Positions 37,667 to 46,833 of a stretch of DNA of 64,000 nt are shown piece after piece; position 1 is the first letter of the stretch, and the number at the start of each line of letters is the position of its first letter. The position numbers and the translations under genes were made by a program. Source of the DNA: Victivallales bacterium (GTDB taxonomy: Bacteria; Verrucomicrobiota; Lentisphaeria; Victivallales; GWF2-38-69); NCBI GenBank assembly GCA_965228125.1, contig OZ245791.1, positions 385,596-449,595 on the forward strand, written 5' to 3'. Under the pieces are notes generated by a model. It was not told where the DNA came from. It saw only the letters and a program-made list of their open reading frames with translations, and searched no databases.

Positions 37667-38530
37667 TTAAGAAATGGATTCTATTGCATAAGATGCAGTA
37701 AAGTTTTTCCCACCATCTAGACTGATGATTCCTGGTTTCTGTTCAAGTGTTCCTTTAAAGTCGGCAGGATCATTATATCCAAACCAAGGTTCTATGCATA
37801 CATAATCGGCCCCGGGCTTAGCCCATATGCCCAAGTCAGGCGCTCCGCCAAAACAAACCTTTACGCATCTTTTGGTTTTATCATTCTTCAAATAGGCAAA
37901 GCGGGATTTTATCCCCGTAAAAATAAGAGCGTCTTCGTCAAAAATGTGGCTGCTGAGCCTGAAACTCCTCTCGTTATTCATGAATGGAGTTTTAAGCCTC
38001 TCAAGCAGCCCGTCATAAAGTTTGTACAGATAAACGGTTTCCGGCTGTTCAAACTCAATGTAATAATCTTCATGACATGTATCCTTAAGAGGCAAGTCTA
38101 TTGCCGGATGGCTGCCCAAGCTGAAAAACATTTTCTTATTATCAGTATTTTTAACTTCGTATTCTACAAGAAGTTTTTTTTCGGAAACAATGGAGAATTT
38201 AACGCTGAATTCAAAGTTGAAAGGATAGATTTTTAAAGTCTCTTCGCTGGAGAAAATAGAGAATTTGACTGATGATTCTGTTTTATCGGTTACCTCAAAT
38301 TTCTTATTCCTTACAAAGCCGTGTTTGGACATTTCATATTCTTTGCCGTCGTATGAATATTTGTTATCCCTGACTAACCCCACAAAAGGGAAAAGAACCG
38401 GTGCGGAACTATTCCAAATAGCCGGAATTGTTTGCCAAACCATTTGTTTGCCAGCAGCCTTGAAAGACTTAAGTTCAGCTCCGATTTCATTTATTTGCGC
38501 CGTAGAATTCCCAAGTTTAATTTCCTGCAT
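37667..38530 (-). CDS. Aldose 1-epimerase-family protein
   Basis: 287 aa. LFPFVG..., HGF(V)RN, SLGSHPA and CIEPW motifs of the galactose mutarotase-like fold. Confidence 0.8.
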   Translation of the reverse strand: MQEIKLGNSTAQINEIGAELKSFKAAGKQMVWQTIPAIWNSSAPVLFPFVGLVRDNKYSYDGKEYEMSKHGFVRNKKFEVTDKTESSVKFSIFSSEETLKIYPFNFEFSVKFSIVSEKKLLVEYEVKNTDNKKMFFSLGSHPAIDLPLKDTCHEDYYIEFEQPETVYLYKLYDGLLERLKTPFMNNERSFRLSSHIFDEDALIFTGIKSRFAYLKNDKTKRCVKVCFGGAPDLGIWAKPGADYVCIEPWFGYNDPADFKGTLEQKPGIISLDGGKNFTASYAIESIS

Positions 38531-39053
38531 ATTGCCGCCTTATATTTTTGAAAGTTACAAAATCTTACCTTGGTTTATAATTTTAAGGCGAATCCGTACA
38601 ACTGCAACAAAATCTTCTTTATAATAGTTCCGGTTTAGCATAAGCATTTAGTCATCAAACAGAGACAAGTAAATCTTAGTTCTTTCCAATGATCATCGAT
38701 ATTCTCCAAATTATCACTTGCCATGAATGCTAACAGCCCTTACTGCGACGTCTCTCGTAACAAGAAAAATCCCAAATAATTATTATAAAAAGATGCACTC
38801 CTCTATAAAAACACAGTGGCGGAATTTACAGAAAAATCATAAAATAAAGAGTAGCACTTTTGTTAAAAAAGAGAATCTGCATAGAGCCAATTAAATATTT
38901 GCATTCTATCGGCTGTTGTTTTGTACTCATTGAATTCTAATGATTTGAATAAAAAATGCACAAATCCGTATTTAAGGAGTTCGCTTAGGCCGCTTCTTAA
39001 TGTTAAGACATACCTTTTTGGGGAAAAAACAGATGGATTTTAGGAGTAAACTT

Positions 39054-39980
39054 ATGACAAGAACTGCTTATATTTCTGCTTTATTGGTTTGGCTGGCCAT
39101 TCTCTCTAGTTGTTCAAACTACATAACTACTGAAACAACTCAGAGTATGGATATTACCAGAACTCCAATAAAAAGTGAGCCTTCTTTAGAAGTCTCTGGC
39201 ATAAATAGCGAATCTATCATTAAGATAAAAGCAGAAAAGCTAATAGAGGAAAAAGTAGTTACAGACGAAGTCACAAAAAGAGAAGATGTCAGCACTCCGT
39301 ACAGAGGATACAGGAAACTCTACCAAATGCCATTAGGGCTTTTGCTCTTTCCTGCAGCAATAGTCGTAAGTGTCGCCGATGTATGTACATTAGGCCTGAT
39401 CCCAAATAGATTTACTGACGACCTGCTCGATTATTCTTTTACCGGAATGAACCCATTTCTTTGCTGGGAAGACAATAGCACCACAGTACGAACCCTGGAA
39501 TCATCAACCAAAAGGCAAATTGATGCCAAAGAGGAAATTACTGTGCTGCCATTGAGAAATGTTGACCTATACATAGTCAGTAATACTTCAGAAACATTCG
39601 ATTTAAAAATCGATGATAATAACCATTTGAATGTAACGTTGGTAAAAATAGCAGTTGAAGGAATTAAGAATCCGATTGACTTGCGTTATTTTGATCTCTA
39701 CTTAGAAAGCACTAACAACAAACCTGTTACCAAAATAGTAATAAGCAGAAAAATGGCTTTTAAATTCTTAGAAGCAAAAAAAATGGTTGACTCTCTGCAA
39801 ATAAACTCGTCTCCTGCAAATCTGGTTGAATGTGTGCTTGGACTGGAGAATCTTGGCTTTTCTGAGTATGCACTGAATGTTGAAAACGAATACAAAGAGA
39901 AAAACATTTCGGTTCCGGGATATAATGAGCAGTTTGATTCAGAAATGAAAAAGCAAATGAAGTTTTTCCCGCTAAATTAA
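39054..39980 (+). CDS. Lipoprotein, unknown function
   Basis: The ATG at 39054, 7 nt after AGGAG, gives MTRTAYISALLVWLAILSSC with a lipobox (LSSC). The rest has no recognisable family. Confidence 0.6.
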   Translation: MTRTAYISALLVWLAILSSCSNYITTETTQSMDITRTPIKSEPSLEVSGINSESIIKIKAEKLIEEKVVTDEVTKREDVSTPYRGYRKLYQMPLGLLLFPAAIVVSVADVCTLGLIPNRFTDDLLDYSFTGMNPFLCWEDNSTTVRTLESSTKRQIDAKEEITVLPLRNVDLYIVSNTSETFDLKIDDNNHLNVTLVKIAVEGIKNPIDLRYFDLYLESTNNKPVTKIVISRKMAFKFLEAKKMVDSLQINSSPANLVECVLGLENLGFSEYALNVENEYKEKNISVPGYNEQFDSEMKKQMKFFPLN

Positions 39981-40223
39981 GACACGAATGATTTCATCTA
40001 TGATTCTATAGAGAACTGCCCGAATAGATAGGTTCTTTCCAAAAAGCTTCCCGATAGAAATTCTAATCCTGATATTTTGAGTCCTAAGAAAAAAGTTTTA
40101 ATTTTTGTATTTTGTAACACATTTATTGCGGCTTATTTAATATATCTTTATCTAACCGGCCGGCTTATTATCTTTTAAGTGAGGTTGAAAACTCCCTCTT
40201 TCTAATTAATATTAGCCTTGAAG

Positions 40224-41495
40224 ATGGAGTTAAAACTAGAGAAAAAATCAATCCTGTATGCAATAGCAGGTACAGTCCTGGAGTGGTACGATTTTACCAT
40301 TTACATATATCTTGCGCCCATCCTCTCTGATATATTTTTTCCTACACACGATAAATTCGCTACATTGGTTTCAATATTCGCCATATTTTTTGCAGGATAC
40401 CTTGCCCGCCCGATCGGAGGAATGTTCTTTGGAAGTCTGGGCGACAGGATAGGAAGAAAAAACACCTTGATTATTTCTATTTCTCTCATGACTCTCATGA
40501 TGATCATTACATCAATACTTCCCTCATACGCTCTAATAGGAATAGCAGCTCCTGTCCTTCTGGCTTTTACCAGGATTTTCCAGGGATTTTCCGTGGGTGG
40601 GGAATATTCAGGAGTGCTGGTGATTTTATCGGAAAAAGCGCCTGAGGGGAAAAGAGGAATCATTACATCCCTTGGGCCATTGGTAAACGGATTTGGCCTT
40701 ATTGCAAGTTCAAGCGTAGTCGCAGTGCTTTATGAAACAATGACTAAAGAGCAAATGATGACATGGGGATGGAGAATACCTTTCATAATAGGGTCTATAG
40801 CTGGGATTTTTTTGGTGGCACTAAGAACCAAAATGACAGAATCAGCTCATTTTGAATTATTAAAGTCTCAAAACAAACTATCAAAAAGCCCACTTCGCGA
40901 AGTGATAGCCCAATACCCTAAAAAAATACTTCTGGGAATGTCTCTCAGCGGATACGGGAGCATTGTTTATTATGTGACGATCGCATTTATTCCGACACTT
41001 CTGAGTTCATATCTCCATGTTCAGGAAAATATTGTAATGATGTTTTCTACGATTACAGCGATATTTTACACTCTTACTGCTCCATTCTGGGGCTTTATCT
41101 CAGATAAATTCGGGAGAAAAAAAGTATTAACTTGCGTTGCTGCCTTAATAGCAATACTAATCGTTCCTCTGTTATTGCTCATGTCATATCATAATCTAAT
41201 GGCTATCTTGGCAGCTGAAATAATATTAACGCTTTTAGCCGTAGCATTCGGTGTCTCATATGACACTGCCACTACAGAGCTATTCCCTACCAAGGAAAGA
41301 TTCAGCGGGATGGCAATAAGCTACAATGTCGGAATATCTCTCTTAGGAGGAATATCCCCTTTAATATGCACCTTCTTAGTGAAACTAATCGACAGTCCGC
41401 TCGCACCGGGATATTTTTTAATTATTTGCTCTCTTTGCATGCTTGTGGCTCTTACAAAGATGAAAGAGACTGCGTTTATACCTCTTGAGGATTAA
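40224..41495 (+). CDS. MFS metabolite:H+ symporter (MHS) family transporter
   Basis: EWYDFTIY, GGMFFGSLGDRIGRK and 12 TM. The track start at 40218 is a TTG two codons upstream. Confidence 0.8.
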   Translation: MELKLEKKSILYAIAGTVLEWYDFTIYIYLAPILSDIFFPTHDKFATLVSIFAIFFAGYLARPIGGMFFGSLGDRIGRKNTLIISISLMTLMMIITSILPSYALIGIAAPVLLAFTRIFQGFSVGGEYSGVLVILSEKAPEGKRGIITSLGPLVNGFGLIASSSVVAVLYETMTKEQMMTWGWRIPFIIGSIAGIFLVALRTKMTESAHFELLKSQNKLSKSPLREVIAQYPKKILLGMSLSGYGSIVYYVTIAFIPTLLSSYLHVQENIVMMFSTITAIFYTLTAPFWGFISDKFGRKKVLTCVAALIAILIVPLLLLMSYHNLMAILAAEIILTLLAVAFGVSYDTATTELFPTKERFSGMAISYNVGISLLGGISPLICTFLVKLIDSPLAPGYFLIICSLCMLVALTKMKETAFIPLED

Positions 41496-41601
41496 TACTT
41501 AGGCTCCTGTACATTTTTATCAAGTATAGACTTTTTCATACATTTCAGTTAGACTTTAAAATGCATCTCTTTAAGTAAATTCTTTCAATCTGAATATCGT
41601 T

Positions 41602-42462
41602 ATGGAAATTTACATCGGGCTTGACATCGGCGGCACAAAAATAATGGTTGGCGCAACTGACCCCAATGGAAAAGAATTGTCCAGAATTAATGTAAGTACA
41701 CCACAGTCGCTAAATGAAGGGCTGGAACTACTGCACAAATTGATTGAGAAAGTATCCAAAAAGAACTCTATTCTAGGAATAGGCGCCGCTATAGGAGGGC
41801 CGCTGGATTCGGAAAAAGGAATAGTTTCCCCGCTCCATCAGGAAGAATGGAGAAACATCCCTTTAAAAGAACTCATGGAAAAAAAATGGAACTGCCCTTT
41901 TTATGTCGATGTTGATACGAATGTCGCCGCTCTTGGAGAATACCATTTAGGTAAATACAAAGAAAAATATTTCCTGTACATCACTTTAAGCACAGGAATG
42001 GGCGGAGGATTCCTTATAAACGGCAAAATCTATCATGGGCTTTCTCATCCTGAAATAGGCCATCAACGCATCAGTTACCATTGCTCGCATCCAGAAAGAG
42101 TCCAATGCGAATGCGGCGGCGGTTCATGCCTAGAGGCACTTGTTTCAGGTAACGGTATAAGGAGAATCTACCATAAGAATGCAGAAAATCTTGACCGCCA
42201 TGAATGGAAAGAAGTAGCATATAACTTAGGTATGGGACTGAGAAATATTACCACCATTCTTTCACCGGAAATTATAGTTTTTGGTGGCGGCGTGGCCCTT
42301 GGCGGAGGAGAATATCTGATGGAATACGCAAGCAAATATATGCTTACAGGACTTAAACTGGTCAAGCCTCCGGTTCTCAAACTTTCCTGTTTAGGCTATG
42401 ATACAGCTTTGAACGGAGCATATTTTATCGCCACAGGAAAGCATTTGGCAATAAGCCATTGA
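41602..42462 (+). CDS. ROK-family sugar kinase
   Basis: GLDIGGTKI N-terminus. Zinc motif GHQRISY..HPERVQCECGGGSCLEA. Confidence 0.85.
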   Translation: MEIYIGLDIGGTKIMVGATDPNGKELSRINVSTPQSLNEGLELLHKLIEKVSKKNSILGIGAAIGGPLDSEKGIVSPLHQEEWRNIPLKELMEKKWNCPFYVDVDTNVAALGEYHLGKYKEKYFLYITLSTGMGGGFLINGKIYHGLSHPEIGHQRISYHCSHPERVQCECGGGSCLEALVSGNGIRRIYHKNAENLDRHEWKEVAYNLGMGLRNITTILSPEIIVFGGGVALGGGEYLMEYASKYMLTGLKLVKPPVLKLSCLGYDTALNGAYFIATGKHLAISH

Positions 42463-42577
42463 TATTGTTTCAGGGATTTTCTTGCGTTAGTTATCATGAA
42501 TGCTTCTATCCTTGGCAAAAACCTTTTTCAAGCTATAATCAGTTTTTATTCATAAACATGAACCGTTACCAGCAAGC
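42427..42577. repeat. Direct repeat copy 1 (last 36 nt of the ROK gene plus downstream spacer)
   Basis: Segment A (42427-42465) and segment C (42500-42577) recur at 45622-45660 and 45827-45902. Confidence 0.8.
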
Positions 42578-42605
42578 ATGACAGGACTCCGAAACTTGAC
42601 ACTTT

Positions 42606-43181
42606 ATGATTAAAACCAGAAATCTTCTCATTTCGATAGTATTACTCTTTAGTTTAATTGGGTTGAATGGATACGCTCAAAATACAACAAGAATTATTAG
42701 AAAAGATAACAATACATATGAAGTTTTTTGTGAAATTACATTTCCTAACAATTGCATTGACAAACTTTGGGATTTTTGTTGGGACATGAATAGTATTTCA
42801 AGAATACTAACAAATGAACCTGTAACCATTATTTTTTCTGAGGCAAATTCCATTCAAACCATTTCATACGATTATCAGTTCTTATTTATGCACTATTACT
42901 CAGAATATGAGCGAGAACAAAGTCCGAATAAAAAAATGATTAGTTTTAAACTCACAAAAAGTGAATGTTCAATACCCTTTATACCTAATTTGGAAAATGG
43001 CTATGGCACTTACACTTTAAAAACTAACAATAAAATAACAACGATGCAATACTATCAATATACTAAAACCAATGGCATTTTGAGTGACTTCTATTTTAAT
43101 TATATAAAAAAAGACATTGAAGGTTTTTTCTTTAGTTTTGAGTCTGAATTTAAAAAATCCTTAAAGAATGCTAAAAACTAA
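42606..43181 (+). CDS. Secreted hypothetical protein (signal peptide; possibly SRPBCC/START-like)
   Basis: MIKTRNLLISIVLLFSLIGLNGYAQ signal peptide. Aromatic-rich beta-type sequence. The stop overlaps the next start by 14 nt. Confidence 0.55.
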   Translation: MIKTRNLLISIVLLFSLIGLNGYAQNTTRIIRKDNNTYEVFCEITFPNNCIDKLWDFCWDMNSISRILTNEPVTIIFSEANSIQTISYDYQFLFMHYYSEYEREQSPNKKMISFKLTKSECSIPFIPNLENGYGTYTLKTNNKITTMQYYQYTKTNGILSDFYFNYIKKDIEGFFFSFESEFKKSLKNAKN

Positions 43182-44091
43182 ATATTTGCTTAACTCATTT
43201 AAATATTCTTTTCGTACAAAGCTTCTAAGGCAAAAAACTCCTTTTATTGCAGGGATTGTATTAAACAATGAGTGCAATTTATCATGCAGTCAATGTTCAT
43301 TGCAATTGGAAAGCAAAACATCATTGTCGTATCAACAAATATCAGATGGCTTAGACGAATTATATTCAATGGGAATACGTTCAATAGCAATAACTGGAGG
43401 CGAGCCTTTTATGTGGAAAGATGGCACGCTAAGACTAAACAATATAATAGATTTAATTTACAAGAAGAAATTTCTGGTTTCGAGTGTCTATACCAACGGT
43501 ACGTTTGCATTGAATACCACCTTTGACAATGTATTTGTAAGCATAGACGGAACAGAATTAACAACGAACAAACTTCGTGGTCCAATATTTAATAAAGTCA
43601 TTGACAATATTAAAGCATCAAACCATCCAAAAATATTTGTTAATTTTACTATAAATAGCCAGAATTTTCCCGAAATAGAAGTGTTCTGCCAGTACATAAA
43701 AACTATTCCTCAAATTAAAGGCATATTCTTTTATTTTTATACACCTTATAATACGATTGATAATTTATATTTGGAAAGGAGCAAAAGAATTGAAATAGCT
43801 AAAAGTCTCATTGCTCTTAAAAAAAAGTATATAATTTTAAACTCAAAAGCAGCACTTACTGATTTTATTAATGACAACTGGAGTCGACCATCGGAAGTTT
43901 GTGTGGTGTATTCAGATAAAGCAGAAATTGTAAAATGTTGCAGAGCAGTAAAAAACAAAGCAACCTGTAAAGATTGTGGATATTTGGGCTATTTAGAAGT
44001 TCTTGATGTAACTAAATTTAAGTTAAGTGCAGTATGGGAGGCATTCAAATATTTACCAAGTAAAAAATCAAGAAAATCATATGTTAATTAA
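43168..44091 (+). CDS. Radical SAM enzyme with a C-terminal Cys cluster
   Basis: CNLSCSQC (CX3CX2C), GGEPFMW, and C-terminal CVVY..CCRAVKNKATCKDCGY, suggesting an auxiliary Fe-S site. Confidence 0.8.
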   Translation: MLKTKYLLNSFKYSFRTKLLRQKTPFIAGIVLNNECNLSCSQCSLQLESKTSLSYQQISDGLDELYSMGIRSIAITGGEPFMWKDGTLRLNNIIDLIYKKKFLVSSVYTNGTFALNTTFDNVFVSIDGTELTTNKLRGPIFNKVIDNIKASNHPKIFVNFTINSQNFPEIEVFCQYIKTIPQIKGIFFYFYTPYNTIDNLYLERSKRIEIAKSLIALKKKYIILNSKAALTDFINDNWSRPSEVCVVYSDKAEIVKCCRAVKNKATCKDCGYLGYLEVLDVTKFKLSAVWEAFKYLPSKKSRKSYVN

Positions 44092-45355
44092 TACAATAAC
44101 GAATGGTATTCGTTCGTACTATGCTGGTAATTCAAATCAGTTTACATTTACAAAACATCATACTCCTGACTTCGATAACCACAGTTTTGACAGCTTGCAT
44201 TTATACATACATGTTCCATTTTGTGCAAACAAATGCCCATATTGTCCATACAATAAAATTGAAGTTGATACTGTTTTAGTAACGCAATTTTTCAATGCCC
44301 TTCATACTGAAATTGAACTATATTTTAATAAACTTGGGAAAATAAATCTCCCATCCATTTATTTCGGAGGGGGTTCTCCCGCATTGTTTCCAGAAGAAAT
44401 ATGTAAAGTTATAGATCATTTATCGAAACGATTTTCAATAAAAGGAGAATATTGTATTGAAATCAACCCCAATGACTGTTTTTTTGAAGAACTACAAGCT
44501 TTGAAAAATGGGGGTATAAGTACGGTAAGCATTGGGGTTCAATCTTTTAATGATAAAAACTTAAAAACAATTGGACGTTCTTATAATGGCAATATTGCCG
44601 AAAAAGCAGTTGAAATGGTACGTAGTATTTTCGATTCGGTAAATATTGATTTAATGTTTGCATTGCCAGCACAGGACGAGATTAGTATATTGAAGGACTT
44701 ATCTAAAGCAGTAAGTTATGGGGTAACTCAAATTACCACCTATCCGCTGTTTACATTCCCATATTCAAAAGTTGGTGATTATAAGAAAATAAAGCATGTG
44801 AAAATGCCAAAATTGAGAACACGAAAAAAGCAATATTTCACAATTTATGATACACTTATACAACAAGAATATAGTCGAGTATCGGTTTGGAGCTTTAAAA
44901 AGGGAGCAGGGAACAAATATTCATCAGTAACACGCGATGGCTATTTGGGAATGGGAGCAGGAGCAGGAACACATATGCCTAATGGCTATTATTTGAATAC
45001 CTTCCCAGTTAAAGCATATATTTCGGCATTAGAAAAAGGGAATTTTCCTTTAGCCCTAAAATTTAACATGAATACCAATATTAATAATTTGTTTTGGCTT
45101 TATTGGAGATTTTATGATACAAAGATTCCACTTGCCGATTTCAATAGTCGATTTAAAAATAATGCAAAGATAAAAAAACTATTATTTCTTTTCCAGACAA
45201 TGGGATTGCTTTCTGTTACCCCAAATGATTTTGTTTTAACACGAAAGGGGTCGTTTTGGCTTCACTTAGCACAAAATTATTTCTCTTTAGGTTATATAAA
45301 TAAAATTTGGTCGAATGCAATGAATAATGATTACCCTAAAGAAATCAATTTTTAA
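44081..45355 (+). CDS. HemN-like (class C) radical SAM enzyme
   Basis: HVPFCANKCPYCPY signature, GGGSP and GVQSF motifs. The ATG at 44081 overlaps the upstream stop by 11 nt; the track start at 44027 is rejected. Confidence 0.8.
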   Translation: MLINTITNGIRSYYAGNSNQFTFTKHHTPDFDNHSFDSLHLYIHVPFCANKCPYCPYNKIEVDTVLVTQFFNALHTEIELYFNKLGKINLPSIYFGGGSPALFPEEICKVIDHLSKRFSIKGEYCIEINPNDCFFEELQALKNGGISTVSIGVQSFNDKNLKTIGRSYNGNIAEKAVEMVRSIFDSVNIDLMFALPAQDEISILKDLSKAVSYGVTQITTYPLFTFPYSKVGDYKKIKHVKMPKLRTRKKQYFTIYDTLIQQEYSRVSVWSFKKGAGNKYSSVTRDGYLGMGAGAGTHMPNGYYLNTFPVKAYISALEKGNFPLALKFNMNTNINNLFWLYWRFYDTKIPLADFNSRFKNNAKIKKLLFLFQTMGLLSVTPNDFVLTRKGSFWLHLAQNYFSLGYINKIWSNAMNNDYPKEINF

Positions 45356-45621
45356 GAACTTTATAAAATGCCAGCAGGTAACAACGGGTATATCCAATGC
45401 GGGTTTCAGAGTTTTTGCAAGTTTAGTTCCCGCAGGCAAGTTTTGTATCGTGGGATAAGAGACGCAGCCACGCAAACCCCAACATCGCATACCGACGACC
45501 GTTAGCTAAAATACTACGCCGCATGAAGACAAAAAGAAAGAGATACGCGCTACCAGGAAGCAAAAACCGAGGATTTAGGTTCGGCTTAAGGTAGAATTAC
45601 CCCCTCAAGGGTTCATGTTTC

Positions 45622-45902
45622 ATCGCCACAGGAAAGCATTTGACAATAAGCCATTAATATCGCTACTGCGTCGTCAGAAGCCGTATCACTGTCGAGGTTC
45701 TTGAATTCTCACACCCGAGACGACCGTGATACGTAGCACGGGCATCTTGCCCGTGTTTATTTTCGAGTTTTAAAGAACCTAATCAATATATATTCATTAG
45801 CACCAAGCATATGTCATTTATCGCTAATGCTTCTATCCTTGATAAAAACTTTTTTCAAACTATAATCGGTTTTACTCTGAACATGAACCGTTAACGCCAA
45901 GC
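45622..45902. repeat. Direct repeat copy 2 (pseudo-copy of the ROK 3' end plus spacer, expanded by a hairpin-containing insert)
   Basis: A2 (45622-45660) differs from A1 at 2 of 39 nt. C2 (45827-45902) is roughly 80-85% identical to C1 by eye. The middle part is about 130 nt longer. Confidence 0.8.
45737..45763 (+). terminator. GC-rich hairpin plus T-run (REP-like family member / intrinsic terminator)
   Basis: CACGGGC-ATCTT-GCCCGTG followed by TTTATTTT. Preceded by a second 13-bp stem (45682-45694 with 45721-45733). Confidence 0.5.
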
Positions 45903-45927
45903 TTAAAAAGACAGACGCAACATAACT

Positions 45928-46833
45928 ATGATACCAGATTTTCAATCAATTATGCTTCCGTTCTTAAAGATAATTTCTGACGGAGAAGAACATACAACTA
46001 TTGAGACAAACCAAAAGTTGGCGGAACATTTCAACTTGACAGCCGAAGAACTAGACGAATATCTTCCAAGTGGAGCGCAAAAGACTTTTCCGAATCGTGT
46101 TGCTTGGGCTAAATCTTATTTAAAAATGGCAGGACTTCTTAAAAATACAAAACGGAGTTCATTTAAACTTACGGAGACTGGGAAAAGTCTTCTTGACACA
46201 AATCCAGAAGAAATTAACCTTAAATTTTTAAAAACAATTCCAGCTTATCAAGAAAGGACAGGTCGAACACGAGACGAGGATTCTTCATCAGACTCAGATA
46301 GTTCTCAAACATCAGCGACTCCTGAAGAGGTTTTAGAAAATAGTTATTTAACTATTCGAAAGAGTTTAGCACAGGAATTACTTTTCAAAATTAAAAGTAG
46401 CAGCCCTGCTTTCTTTGAAAGTTTGGTAGTCGAATTATTGGTAAAAATGGGATATGGTGGTTCAATCAAAGATGCTGGTCGTTCTATTGGACGTTCAGGA
46501 GACGAAGGAATTGATGGAATTATTAAAGAGGACAAGCTCGGACTTGATGTAATTTATGTGCAAGCCAAAAGATGGGAAAACGTTGTTGGCAGACCAGAGA
46601 TTCAGAAATTTGTTGGAGCTTTAGCCGGACAAGGAGCAAAAAAAGGAGTATTCATCACAACTTCACGCTACACCAATGAAGCAAAAGAATATCAACCGAG
46701 AAATGAGTCTAAAATAGTTTTGATTGACGGAGAGCAATTAGCTGAATTAATGATTGACCATAATCTTGCAGTATCGACAGTCAATACTTTTGAGATAAAA
46801 CGAATTGACAATGATTACTTTGGAGACGAATAA
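45928..46833 (+). CDS. mrr: Mrr-family restriction endonuclease
   Basis: N-terminal Mrr_N winged-helix pattern (FQSIMLPFLKIISDG..., NRVAWAKSYLKMAGLL). Catalytic core GDEGIDGII...LDVIYVQAKRW. Confidence 0.85.
   Translation: MIPDFQSIMLPFLKIISDGEEHTTIETNQKLAEHFNLTAEELDEYLPSGAQKTFPNRVAWAKSYLKMAGLLKNTKRSSFKLTETGKSLLDTNPEEINLKFLKTIPAYQERTGRTRDEDSSSDSDSSQTSATPEEVLENSYLTIRKSLAQELLFKIKSSSPAFFESLVVELLVKMGYGGSIKDAGRSIGRSGDEGIDGIIKEDKLGLDVIYVQAKRWENVVGRPEIQKFVGALAGQGAKKGVFITTSRYTNEAKEYQPRNESKIVLIDGEQLAELMIDHNLAVSTVNTFEIKRIDNDYFGDE

Noticed and set aside
38531-39053. Long (about 0.5 kb) intergenic region before the lipoprotein gene, scanned for a riboswitch, sRNA or repeats
   Set aside because: I found no convincing stem-loops, conserved riboswitch cores or repeats by eye. 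It is AT-rich, promoter-like sequence only.
45356-45620. GC-rich tract checked for tRNA, tmRNA or a group II intron domain V remnant
   Set aside because: I could find no cloverleaf with a GGTTCGAAT-type T-arm, no acceptor stem/CCA context, and no domain V-like GAGCCGTAT...ACGGTTC element. It is kept only as an unclassified structured tract in the findings.
45622-45660. Second copy of the ROK gene 3' end as a possible gene
   Set aside because: Only the last 12 codons or so are present, there is no upstream open frame, and it follows non-coding GC-rich sequence. It is a repeat, not a gene.
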